This document shows, in pieces, positions 12,347 to 24,446 of a DNA stretch of 64,000 nucleotides. Position 1 is the stretch's first letter, and each line of letters begins with the position of its first letter. The DNA lies in contig NC_043005.1 of assembly GCF_006345805.1 (NCBI RefSeq), positions 72,106,001 through 72,170,000 on the forward strand. Direction: 5' to 3'. Both the position numbers and the translations under genes were made by a program. The notes below the pieces were generated by a model, which made no database searches, was not told the origin of the DNA, and was given only the letters and a program-made list of their open reading frames with translations. Origin of the DNA: Octopus sinensis. Its lineage: Eukaryota.

Positions 12347-12825
12347 ATCATCATCATCGTTGTTTAACGTCCGCTTTCCATGCTGATATGGGTTGGATGG
12401 TTTGACTGAGGACTGGTGAGCCAGAAGACTGCACCAGGCTCCAAACTAATCTGGCAAAATTTCTACAGCTGGGTGCCTTTCCTGACGCCAACCACCCTGA
12501 GTGTAGTGAGTGCTTTTACGTGGTACCACCACGAGGGCCAGTCAGGCTGTTCTGGCAATGACCACGCTCAAAAGGCGTTTTTTACATGCTACCTGCACAA
12601 GAGCTAGTTCAGCAGCACTGGCAACGACCATGCTCAAATGTTGTTTTTCACATGCCACCGTCACATGTGCCAGTAAGGCAATGCTGGCAATGATGACGCT
12701 CGAATGGTGCTTTGTACATGCCACCAGCACAGGAGCCAATCCATGGTCCTGGCAATGATCATGCTCAGATGTGCTTTTAACATTCCACTGGCATGAGTGC
12801 CAATCAGGTGGTACTGTCATCGGCC
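12347..12825 (-). mobile_element. SINE family C
   Basis: catcatc tail at left, core, and several ~66-bp internal units. Confidence 0.8.
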
Positions 12826-13249
12826 ATATATATTTTTTAACATCTCTTCTCCATTTTTAACAGTCTGTTGAGTTTTTATGGGATACCATTCCATAAATTC
12901 TCATCAAATACCATATATATGTAATAATTTCATATTCACAAAAATCTTACGCCAGTAAGATACCAATGAAATATGAAGAATCTTTGTTAGAAATCGCCCC
13001 TTTGGAACCCTCCAAAGTAAAGGGTAAGTTGAACTTTACCCTTTCACACGCACACACACATGCACATATACACACATATACACATAAACATATATATATA
13101 TATTTATGCATATATACATCCACATACACAAAATAACCTTCCCTTTACTAACATAAGATGAAAACTTCTTGTGATAGCATGAAATATTATTACTAAATTC
13201 TTAATCAGGATTAGCGGAAGCATGTCTGGTCAACTTTGTAGCTATTTTA

Positions 13250-13635
13250 TCCTGACAACAAGCTTGTTTTCAAACCACATGGATCCAGGTTCAGTCCTAC
13301 TGCATAGCATCTTGGGCAAGTGTTTTTTACTATAGTCCCAGGCTGGTTAAAGCCCTGTGAGTGAATTTGGTAGATGGAAACTGAAAGAAGCCTGTTGCAT
13401 ATGCATATATGTGTGTGTGCATGTGTCTTTCTATCAATGCTTGTCCCACCACCAACTGGTGTTTGTGTGCTTATATCCCTGTAACTTAGCAGTTTGGCAA
13501 AAAAACTGATAGAATAAATACCAGGTTTAAAAAAAAAAAGAAAACGTCAGTAATGGAGTTGATTCCTTTAGCTAAAAATTCTTAGAGGCAGTGCCCCAGA
13601 ATGGTCATAGTTCAATGAGTGAAACAGATAAAAGA
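13250..13635 (+). mobile_element. SINE family A, diverged copy
   Basis: Head to tail recognisable; a mariner element follows immediately at the next TA. Confidence 0.7.
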
Positions 13636-13637
13636 TA

Positions 13638-14515
13638 CGTGGTCTGATTAATAAGTATCCAGACTGTTGCCATAGTAACAAAGCAAAAGCATGCAGAGTG
13701 AAGCCACTTGGCACAGACTGACCTTGACCTCTGTTGTGCATGTGCATTAAGTGTTAAAATTCTAGTTCACTTTCCCTCTTTACAGCAATGCTTGTAAGTA
13801 ACATGTGTAGCGTGTGATCATCACATTGACAATAACAGAGAAAGTTGTCATGGCAATACCTGCTCAGAGACCTATGTAAGGGTGCAGAAAGTGTATGGAG
13901 AGGAGTGTATGAGTCGCAGACAAGTGTACACGTGGTTCAGACGTTTCCAAGATGGCCACAAAAATGTCGATATTGACGAACATTCTAGGAGACCTGCAAC
14001 CAGCAGAACTTAGAAAAACTTTGCAGATGTGCATGTATCTGTGGGGAGAAATTATTGAATCACCATCCAGAAGATATACAGATTAATTACAGCTCGGCTC
14101 AGTCCATTATCACTGAAGATTGGGTATGAGATGCTTCTCTGCTAAGTTTGTCTCAAAACTGCATTCAGTGGACCAAAAGGAGACTCAGGTTTCAGACGCA
14201 CGAGATCTCTTTGAGTGTGTTGAAGATGATGAAAACTTTTTGAAAACTATGCATAGGCCTCCGAGCAGGTATTGCCAAGCTTTTGGTAAAATTTGATGCA
14301 GATTTTCTGTTCAAATTTCTCTGTCATGTACAATGTGACAATCACACGCAACACACCTTCCTTCCAAGCACTGCTGTAAACAGTGGAAGTGAGCGAGATG
14401 GTTAAAACTTAATGCACATGCACATCAGAGTTAAAGGTCAACTATGCCAAGCAGCTTCACCGTGTGTGCTTTAGCGTCGTTACTATGGCAACAGTCCTGA
14501 TACTTATTGATCAGA

Positions 14516-14520
<5 letters not shown>
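13638..14520 (+). mobile_element. Internally deleted mariner with ~120-bp terminal inverted repeats
   Basis: TA flanks; inverted arms 13638-13756 and 14402-14520. The interior decodes (with stops and frameshifts) GNTCSETYVRVQKVYGEECMSRRQVYTWFRRFQDG...RRPATSRT...VEDDENFLK, the mariner N-terminal DNA-binding region; no DDD domain. Confidence 0.9.
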
Positions 14521-14549
<29 letters not shown>

Positions 14550-15402
14550 CCTAGCTTTTCTTTCTAGCATGTTGAATTCCTATGAGTGGATTTCTCATGT
14601 ATTTAAATATACACTATATTGTATATATATACATATATATATATATATGAAGAGTTTAGTTGAGAAAATCTATCCCAGTGCTTATGTTTCTGTTTCTACT
14701 TTTAAAAATTCTGTACTTACTTCATCGGTGTATTTTATTGAACCACTAAGTGCCAGGGACATAAACAAACCAGCACTAGTTTTTGAGTGGCAATGGGGAC
14801 AAACACAAAGTCCATCACACATACACATGCACACACTCACACATACACACATACGCATGCGCATAATAAGCTTTTCTCATTTCCGTCTACCAAATCCACT
14901 CACAAACCTTTGGTCAACCTGAAGACTTAGTAGCAGACATTTGCCCAAGGTGTCATACTGTTGGATTGAGACTGGGACTGAACCTGAAACCATGTGTTTG
15001 TGAAGCAAACTTCTTACTACAGAGACACATTTGCACCTCTCTTTCTCACTATATATCATCATCATCATCGATTAACGTCTATTTTCCATGCTGACATGGG
15101 TTGGATGGTTCAACTGGGGTCTGGGAAGCCAAGAGGCTGCACCAGGCTCCAATCTGATCTGGCAATGTTTCTATGGCTGGATGCCCTTCCTAATGCCAAC
15201 CACTCTGGGAGTGTAGTGGGTGCTTTTTACATGCCACCTGTACAGGGGCCAGAGGATCTAGCATCGACCACGACTGGATGGTGCTTTTTACATGCCACTG
15301 GCACACAAGCCAGTCAAGGCAGCACTGGCATCGACCACGATCAGAAGGTGCTTTTTACATGCCACCGGCATGGAAGCCAATTTTTGTTTGGTTCTGGTTC
15401 TG

Positions 15403-15775
15403 CATAAAAGCATCCAGTCCACTCAATAAAGTGGTTAGTTTTAGGAAGGCCATCCATTCATAAAGACCATGCCAAAAATGATCTCACAGATGCTGGTGCC
15501 ACATAAAAAGCATCCAGTCCATTCTATAAAGTGGTTAGTTTTAGGAAGGCCATCCATTCATAAAGACCATGCCAAAGCTGATCTCACAGATGCTGGTGCC
15601 ACATAAAAAGCATCGAAACCACTCTGTTAAGTGGTTGGTGTTAGGAAGGGCATCCATCCATAAAGACCATGCCAAACAGACAGTGGATCTTATCACAGTT
15701 TTCTGGTTTACCATTTCCTGTCTAACTATTTGAGCCATGCCAGCATGGAAGATGTACATTAAATGATGATGATTG
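15403..15775 (+). mobile_element. SINE family C variant with the core triplicated as ~100-bp tandem units
   Basis: cataaaa(a)gcatc...gtggttagttttaggaaggccatcc...ccatgccaaa starts at 15403, 15502 and 15602, then the RTE-like tail ...gcatggaagatgtacattaaatgatgatg. Confidence 0.8.
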
Positions 15776-15859
15776 CCATACACACACACACAATGCACAG
15801 ATATATAATATACGCATATACATTATCTATACATATGTATTTATGATCTAATATATTAC

Positions 15860-16191
15860 TATGCACGAATGACAGAGCCCAAATTAACTGCGAAAGTAAA
15901 AAGAAAATGGGATGAATAAGAGAGAAATCAATGTAGTGTGCAACAGAGAATATATCGTGTTGATATGGACATGTGATGAGTATGGAAGATGACAGCTGAG
16001 GAAGAACCATGAAGCGATCGAAGTGGAAGGTTCCTGTGGATGTGGGGGGAGAGCAGTTGTACTTGATCTCATGAGGCTGAACTTCACAAATAAGTGTATG
16101 AATGGCTGCAACATATGACTAACTGGTGTGCTTGATAAGCCCCCATCCAATCCATAGAAGCATGGAAAAGCAGATGTAAGATGATGATGAT
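15860..16191 (+). mobile_element. 3' end of an RTE-clade LINE (degenerate)
   Basis: Decayed RT C-terminus (...YGHVMSMEDDS...EVEGSCG...DLMRLN) followed by ccaatccatagaagcatggaaaagcagatgtaagatgatgatgat. Confidence 0.7.
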
Positions 16192-16214
16192 ACACACTAC
16201 ACACATACTGTAAG

Positions 16215-16268
<54 letters not shown>

Positions 16269-16474
16269 AGAGAGAGAGAGAGAGAGGGGGATATAGATAG
16301 ATAGACAGATAGATATATAAATCTGTATAAATCTATTTTAAGTAGTAAGATCATGTAAGATACAATCAATAAGATACCTAGTCATTTATATATATATATA
16401 TATATACACACACACATATATATACATACATATATATATGTAAACATACATACACTCATACACATATATTTATA

Positions 16475-16512
<38 letters not shown>

Positions 16513-16874
16513 TGCTTACATACACACACACATTTATATATGTGTGCATATGCACACAAAAACACTCACACACACGCATGCAGATGCACTTGAATGTGTG
16601 TGTGTGTACATGATTGCCATACATTACTATACGTATTCATATAGGTCATCATATCATAACTAATGGTTCGAGAAATATTTGAGTTATGGATAGTAATTAT
16701 AAACTTTCACAATAGATCAGTCCCGAGTTGATTTACCTGTTATATCCTGAGGCTCAAATGAAGTAGATGCTACTCTTAGAACAAAGTTAATAAATTCAAT
16801 TTATTTGGATGTTTCTCAGAGTAAACAGCTATTAATTTGAGATAGCTATTTATCTATCAATCATTCAATCTATA

Positions 16875-16879
<5 letters not shown>

Positions 16880-16954
<75 letters not shown>

Positions 16955-17207
16955 CATCTATGTATCTATTTATTTATCTATCTATCAATTTATCAGTCTG
17001 TCTATCTGTCTATTTCTATCAATATATATCTATCTCTCTGTCTATCTCCTTCTCTATCTATCTATCTATTTATTTATCTATCTAACTATATGTCTGTCTA
17101 TCTGTCCATCTATGCATCTATCTATTTATCTATCTAATTAACTGTGTCTGTCTATTTCTATCAATATATGTCTATCTTTATCTATCTGCCTCTCTCTCTC
17201 TTCCTCT

Positions 17208-17281
<74 letters not shown>

Positions 17282-17294
17282 CTATCTATCTATC

Positions 17295-17332
<38 letters not shown>

Positions 17333-17585
17333 CATCTATGTATCTATTTATTTATCTATCTATCAATTTATCAGTCTGTCTATCTGTCTATTTCTATCAA
17401 TATATATCTATCTCTCTGTCTATCTCCTTCTCTATCTATCTATCTATTTATTTATCTATCTAACTATATGTCTGTCTATCTGTCCATCTATGCATCTATC
17501 TATTTATCTATCTAATTAACTGTGTCTGTCTATTTCTATCAATATATGTCTATCTTTATCTATCTGCCTCTCTCTCTCTTCCTCT

Positions 17586-17670
<85 letters not shown>
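16880..17670. repeat. Compound (ATCT)n microsatellite containing a 378-bp tandem duplication
   Basis: The non-microsatellite segment caatttatcagtctgtc...taattaactgtgtctgtc... recurs; the spurious ORFs starting at 17144 and 17522 have the same start sequence and are 378 bp apart. Confidence 0.9.
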
Positions 17671-18040
17671 AATATTTCTTTCTTTTCTTCCTTCTATCTA
17701 TGTGCATGTATATTAAGGGACATTTCTTATAATATTATTAAAAATATATTGATCAAATAATAAAAAAGGGGAAAGTTTGTTTTGAAATAATAAATAATAT
17801 CTGCCAGAAGGAATCAGATGTTTTCTAATAAATTTCTATTTAAATCTCTTCCAAAAAGAATACACATGAACCATTTTTCCTTGTGTCCCATCAGGAGCCT
17901 CCAGCTAACTAATTCATAGATAGATCAGTTTGCACTAATTGGTTGATCTACCATATAAATAAATAAATAAATAAATATGCGTGTGTGTATTAGTCTATAT
18001 GCATAAGTATGCAAGTGTGTATGTGTAAATATATATATAC

Positions 18041-18071
<31 letters not shown>

Positions 18072-19095
18072 ATATATATATATATATACACTCACATGTT
18101 TGTGGATATGTATATATATATATCCATACTCACATGTTTGTGGATATATATATGTATGCATGTATGTATTTTGACATGTGTGTGTGGTGGGGTTATGTAT
18201 GTACACAAATATATAAATATACTAGAAGTTGATCTAGCTTTGCTCAGGAAATGTAGCACTCATTAGTTTTCAAATATTTTCCCAATTTTTCCTTTCTCGT
18301 CCTTTTTCTATCTTCACTATTATATACATTCATCCCATGCAGTGAATGTATATAATCATGGTATTTCTGTATAGATTTATTATTCCAAATACATTTTCTG
18401 TATTATAATAACAGGTAAATTGTTATTTTTTTTATTTATTAAAGTTTTATCTATGATTCATGAAAAAAAGAAAATTACACATGCCACTGCATTGTAACCA
18501 TGCTACATCGTTCAATATCTTCAATATACACACACACATAAAATAACTGGACTGTAGTTTTGCCTAGTCCATAGATGAATGTTTGCCAGTACATTTTGAT
18601 GCAATAAAAGTTATCAAGGTTGTGAGAAATATAGACAGTCATGCAACTTGTGCATCGCAGAGAAGCTTCACATAATCTCTATTTTGTTTTTAAAATGTTA
18701 TAATCAGGGAGGAAGGCAGAGGCTATGGCCCTTCATAGAGCCTTGAGACTAGTGGAAGGAAGGGAGGAAGGGATAAAATGTCCTTAAATTGGAAACTTGG
18801 ACCAAATGCATGAAACAGAGTAGATTCTGCTAAAGCACCCAAAGTGCCTGGTGATGGGTTAAACCAGACAACATATTGAGTCTTCTGCTCATGTATGCCA
18901 TAGCAGGCTTTGAATTTGAAATGCAAAGAGGTGGTACAAATGCTGAAAGGATTCCAGTCTGATATTCTTACAAGTTCAGAAATCCTACTGGATTGGTATA
19001 TTTTCATTGACCCCATAAAATGATGAAAAGCAAAGTTTTCCTTAGCGAGATCTGAACTCAGAACGCAGAATGTCTGAACAAATACTGCATAGTAT

Positions 19096-19516
19096 ACCTA
19101 TTTCTTTACTGCCCACAAGGGGATAAACATAGAGGGGGCAAATAAGGACAGAAAAAACGGATTAAGTCGAATACATCGAACCCAGTGCATAACTGGTACT
19201 TATGTAATCGACCCCGAAAGGATGAAAGGCAAAGTCGACCTCGGCGGAATTTGAATTCAGAACATAACAGCAGATGAAATACCTATTTCTTCACTACCCA
19301 CATGGGGCTAAACACAGAGAGGACAAACAAGGACAGACAAATGGATTAAGTTAATTATATTAACCCCAGTGCATAACTGGTACTTATGTAAACGACCCCG
19401 AAAGGATGAAAGGCAAAGTCGACCTTGGCGGAATTTGAACTCAGAACATAACGGCAGATGAAATACCACTAAGCATTTCGCCCGGCATGCTAACGTTTCT
19501 GCCAGCTCGCCACCTT
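19096..19516 (-). mobile_element. SINE family B, one head plus two ~185-bp body units, 15-bp TSD
   Basis: TSD aatactgcatagtat at 19081-19095 and 19517-19531. Head ggcgagctggcagaaacgttagc...; B-box-like gagttcaaattcc in both units. Confidence 0.9.
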
Positions 19517-20617
19517 AATACTGCATAGTATTCTATCATAAGTTAATTACTCTGCCAGTTGCCCTCCAGTCATAAATGAAAACCAATGAGTTAATATTCG
19601 TTTACCAACACACAACTAAATTCTTTCTTGAGTATTTTTCAGTAAAGGCTACCATAACACACATTACATGATAGCTGACACCTATCAGTTTATACTGCAA
19701 AGCCTACTTAAGTTATCTTATTACTTTCAAACTTGCTCAAGTGTTGTTTTCAACTGATTAAACACAAGTTTAATGTATGCGTATAATCTCAGTAATTTAG
19801 TCTCACATAAATTATTGCATAACGAACATTGTACTTCACTTCCAGCATGCAGGTGGAATTAAGCATTCTTATTATTTTGTAGTACATCGTAAGCAAAATA
19901 ACAACCATGATAGGTGCAGGTGGTAAGATGTTAGCTTCCCAACCACACTGTTCCATGTTCAGTCCCATTGCATGGCACCTTGAGCAAGTGAAACAAGTAA
20001 AAGTTAATTCATATATACGTACGTGTTGTCACATGCACATACATTTGTGTGTGCATGTGAGTTTGTTTGTGACTACCCAATGTCCTCTCTTGACATCGTT
20101 TATATGCTTAGAGTGTAAAACAATGCTAGTGTTTAGATGGTGTCAATGATTCTTCTGTTGTGGGAAAGATCAGGGGTATCTTAAGTGGAAAAAGTAATGG
20201 TTGACAACAGAAAGGAAATCCAACCTCTGAATACAGCGCCAACAAAGTCTCATCTTACTGATAAATCAAAGGAAAAAATGAATGGTATTTATGTGTGTGA
20301 ATATGTATAATACATATATATATATAATATGTTTGACTCGGATCTGCATGACTTAGAGTTTCATGGGCATGAAAGACATGTCTGTGTCATCAGTCAAATT
20401 GTTATCCACTACATGTAACTCCAACCAAATCTGTTGCATGCTACTTTCATATCTTCACTCTTACATATATACACGTATATATATATATACATGCCAGTGT
20501 ATCCACATGTGTGTATGTGAGTGCATTCACATGTGTGTATATGTATATAATCATATATATATATATATACATACATATATATATATATATGTGTGTGAGT
20601 GCATTCATGTGTGTGTA

Positions 20618-21379
20618 CAGGGTGCATAAGAAATTTGAAGACAGATTTATGTTTATTCTAAAAAACTGATATATAATAACAGATAATATCTTTATTTATC
20701 AAAAAATGCTACAAGGATACAAATAAAGCTTCTTTTCTATAATGTTATTCAATAAAACCACCTTCAGCTTCAACAGCTCCAAATCATCTATATGCTTGAA
20801 TTAAGTGGTCCTGGTTCATTTTGGACATTACTCTGACTATGGCAGCTTTCAAAGAATCTTTGGTGTTATGGACATGTTCATTGCCCTCTCTCTCAACAAT
20901 GCTTCTCATGTAATAGTCCAATGGACTGAGATTTGGGGAATTAGGAGACCAAATGTTAGGGGTTATGTGATCATGAAAATTTTCAGCCATCTATTCCTGT
21001 GTTACCAGAGCCATGTGTGATAGTGCAGAGTCTTACTGAAACACATATAGCCTTTCACTGTCTATACGGGGTTTAACAATTATTTACAGGACCTCAATGT
21101 AGGCGGTAGAGTTAGCATTAAGGCCTTGTGGAAAGAAGTAAGGAAGCATTACGTGTCTTTCATTGCTAACAACCCCTAAAACCATCACAGTTGGACGAAA
21201 TTTTGTATGCATAGCACTTGGAACTTCAGAAGGGTCTGCACATTACCATCTGTCATTTCTTCTGTTAACTTTTTGATTTTGGTTGAAGTTTTTCTTGCTT
21301 GAGAAAAAAACCAAATCACATCTTTTTCTGCTGGATTTTTCAGTTTATTTTAAGAGCCACAAATACCTTATGCACCCTG
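20618..21379 (-). mobile_element. Internally deleted maT (DD37D, Tc1/mariner superfamily) transposon
   Basis: TA flanks; TIR cagggtgcataagNNatttg matches 18/20. Minus strand decodes WFFS.EKNFNQ...VMVLGVVS...YVFQ*DSA...WSPNSPNLSPLDYY...AEGGFIE*, with 37 residues between the second and third catalytic D; several stops. Confidence 0.92.
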
Positions 21380-21397
21380 TATATAAGTATATATATA

Positions 21398-21794
21398 TCT
21401 TTATTTATAAAAGTAAGGTTGTGTGTCTGTCTCCTACGATTTAGATTCCTAACTACTCCCACATATTGCGGTGCAGTTTAACCAAAACCGGGTATCTTAT
21501 AGTCGTGATTCATATCAAGCCCTTCTGGGAATTAGCGCGCGTCTACGATGAGTCTACGATTTTAAAAATAATTTACCATCATTTTTTTCCATTTTAATGC
21601 ATTTTTTCGCTATTATATAAGGGAGGTGACTCTCTAAAAATGTCTACGATGAGTCAATGATTTTAAAAAAAATTTACCATCATTTTTTTTCCATTTTTAA
21701 TGCATTTTTTTGCTATTTTTTGGCTATAACTCTCTAAAAATGCTTTATAGTTATTTCTCTTACAAACCCGAACAACGCCGGGCGATACTGCTAG
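21398..21794 (+). mobile_element. Non-autonomous Helitron, subfamily 2
   Basis: A|TC start at 21398 and end cccgaacaacgccgggcgatactgCTAG|T; contains a ~100-bp internal tandem duplication (units start near 21541 and 21642). Confidence 0.85.
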
Positions 21795-21805
21795 TTTATA
21801 TATAA

Positions 21806-21857
<52 letters not shown>

Positions 21858-21977
21858 ATGCACACACATGCATTTAATCTTGAGAATTTTCCTCTTACAT
21901 AATATCTTTGCTTCATCTGCTTGAAAATGTCTTCTCTGTTCTTCTATAAATGCCATTTTTTAAATTCTTTATTTCAG

Positions 21978-22192
21978 GTGCTCTCATGATTACCTTGATA
22001 TTTATGCTGAATTGCAAAGTGATTCTGATAGTCTTCTAGATGCTTCCTTGACAGGTCGCTTCTGTGGAGATGTTCTCAAAAATCTCCCGCGACTTGTTAT
22101 TTCATCAAGAAATGTTCTCATGCTCGGCTTCTATACCGATGACTATAAAGCCGATAAGGGATTTTCAGTATCCTACGAATTCATCGATGGCA
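21978..22192 (+). CDS. Internal coding exon, C-terminal half of the same CUB domain
   Basis: Acceptor tttatttcag ends at 21977; donor a|gtaagt at 22193. The 215-nt exon (phase 2 to phase 1) joins the upstream AT plus G into ATG and reads CSHDYLDIYAELQSDSDSLLDASLTGRFCGDVLKNLPRLVISSRNVLMLGFYTDDYKADKGFSVSYEFIDG (C..DYL.IY, G.FCG, S..N.L.L.F.TD, GF...Y). Confidence 0.92.
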
Positions 22193-22886
22193 GTAAGTAC
22201 CATTTGCATTTATTGTAGTTTTCCAGAATTTTCCAAATATAATTTTAGTAATCTTCACTGGAACTCTCTTTGTATACAATAAATATAATTGATAATTCAG
22301 CAAAGTGAAAAGCAACTATGCTAAATAAAAAAAAAAATTGAAATTATCATATAATCATATGAGGATTATTCTAGATGGTTTGGAAACTGAAATGCTATGT
22401 ATTATGCAATATGAATTTGTGTCTTTGAGATTCCCTTACTTTATTTCTTATTTGTTGTTTTATTTGTCTGTTCCTTAACTTAGTATATAATTTTACAAAT
22501 GCTTGATTATATATATTAATATAGCTTAGAACTAACATGCTATCTTAAAGGTAGCATTTTGGCAGCTACACCCACACACACTCTTATATATTTGTACTAC
22601 AGATTTATAGAGATGCATGCATATACATGGATATAGGTACAGTATTTCTTGTGTGTACTGTTAGATGAACAACTGCTACTGGTCGGTTTACAGCCTTCTA
22701 TAGAACATTTAAACATTTGATGTGTGTAATGCGTTTCGCTGATGAATAGTTGTAGTTCAGTACCCAAAGGGTGCAAATGACCACAATAGTAAAAATGTAT
22801 TTCAGGAACAAATGGTATACTCTGCATCTTGTGTTTATTATTTCTCCATCATATATATCATCATCATCATCATCATCCTCATCATC

Positions 22887-23308
22887 GTTTAGTTGAACAA
22901 ATCGACACCAAAACTCATTCTTTGTAAGCCTAGTATTTACTCTATCAGTCTCTTTTGCCAAACTGCTAAGTTATAGTGACATAGACACACCAACATCAGT
23001 TGTCAAGTAATGGTGTATTGGGGTAGGCAAACACAGACATCCAGCTGTAGAAACACTGCCAGATAAGACTGGGCCTGGTGTAGCCTTCTGGCTCCCCAGA
23101 CCCCAGTTGAACCGCCCAACCCATGCTAGCATGGAAAACGGACGTTAAACGATGATGATGATATATATATGCAATAGGCTTCTTTCAGGTTCCACGGCCC
23201 GAGGCTATAGCAGAAGACACTTGCCCAAGGTGCCACTCAGTGAGATTGAAGCCAGTACCATGTGGTTGTAAGCAAACTACTTACCACACAGCCATTCCTG
23301 CACCTATG
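22887..23308 (-). mobile_element. SINE family A with a 5'-truncated family C copy (23038-23162, +) nested in its microsatellite
   Basis: A 3' half at 22887-23037 and A head at 23170-23308 are separated by an opposite-strand C core and tail. Confidence 0.8.
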
Positions 23309-24029
23309 AGTGCATGTGTGTGTGTGTGTGACAAGCTTCTTCAGTTTTTGTTTACCAAATCCACAGGACTATAGTAGAAAACACTGCCCAAGGTTCCACA
23401 CAGTGGGACTGAACTCTGAACCATGTGGTTGGGAAGCAAGCTTATTGCAACACCAGCCACACAATATTAATAAGTAGTACAGGAAATATTTGCAAACAGC
23501 AGCAAGCACAAGTAATCATCAGAAATAGTTTAGAAGGGCATTTCTACCATTCTCGGAATGTCAACATCTCTTCATATCACAAGGATCAAAAGTGTAATAA
23601 ACCTTTCTTCCAGCCAATGGAAAGGATTAAAAGCTAGAGAATTTATAACGGTAGTATTTCTTAATATCTTGTCTTTCACAGATGTTTGGATACCATTTTA
23701 TGCTTTTATACACAGGTATTCCTGTTAGAGATCATACATTAGAACTGAAGATAGAATTCTGTTTTTACTGATAACATCAAGGCTGCTTTTTTTTTTTTTC
23801 ATTATTTAATCTGACTTCACTTACCTTTGATATTCTTTATAATCCAACATATTAACTGTTTAGCCACAGTATCACATCATGATATTAAAGCTTTAGCAGT
23901 TTTTCCTTTTAGTTGTGAAGGAATATCAACATTTGTACTTGCCTGCTTGTGTGTATAATAGTATTAGGATAGCCTCTAGGATTTAATACAATGCTTTAAG
24001 ATGGTTCATTGTTTTGTAAAATTGAAGGA

Positions 24030-24245
24030 CAGCCAGTTGTTGTTGTTGTTGTTGTTGTTGCCTATCTCCAGGTCAAATACATTCCATAAATGACCATCAC
24101 ATCTATTTTCTTTTCAAACAAGTTATTATGAAAACTTTCTCTTTATCTAATGTTACCGCCTTTTTTTAATGCGGTTTGATGTGATATGAGGTAAACTTTG
24201 TAATTACATCCAGCGAGCCAAGTGACCATATAGAGACACTCCCAC
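24030..24245 (-). mobile_element. Old interspersed retroposon family K with (CAA)n tail
   Basis: Degenerate motif (ga)tttggctgctatttctagc plus a (TTG)n end; related copies near 2980-3200, 6700-6900, 31095-31330 and 50860-51085. Confidence 0.5.
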
Positions 24246-24446
24246 CTTCATGTCAGAAAGATCAGATTGGCCAGCTGACAGAAATGGTAGAGCTTATATG
24301 ACTAAAGGCTACAAATGGATCCTATCATATCCTGAGCTTTTGTAAAAGGACAATAGAGATCAAATCTTTTCAGTGTGAAACTTATCTTTTAGTTTTCAGG
24401 GTTTGATCAGTACAACTAATGCTTCTACATGAGTTAAGCTACACTC

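Noticed and set aside
18723-19016. 97-aa minus-strand ORF in non-microsatellite sequence
   Set aside because: No recognisable motif or splice context, and it overlaps a decayed SINE at one end.
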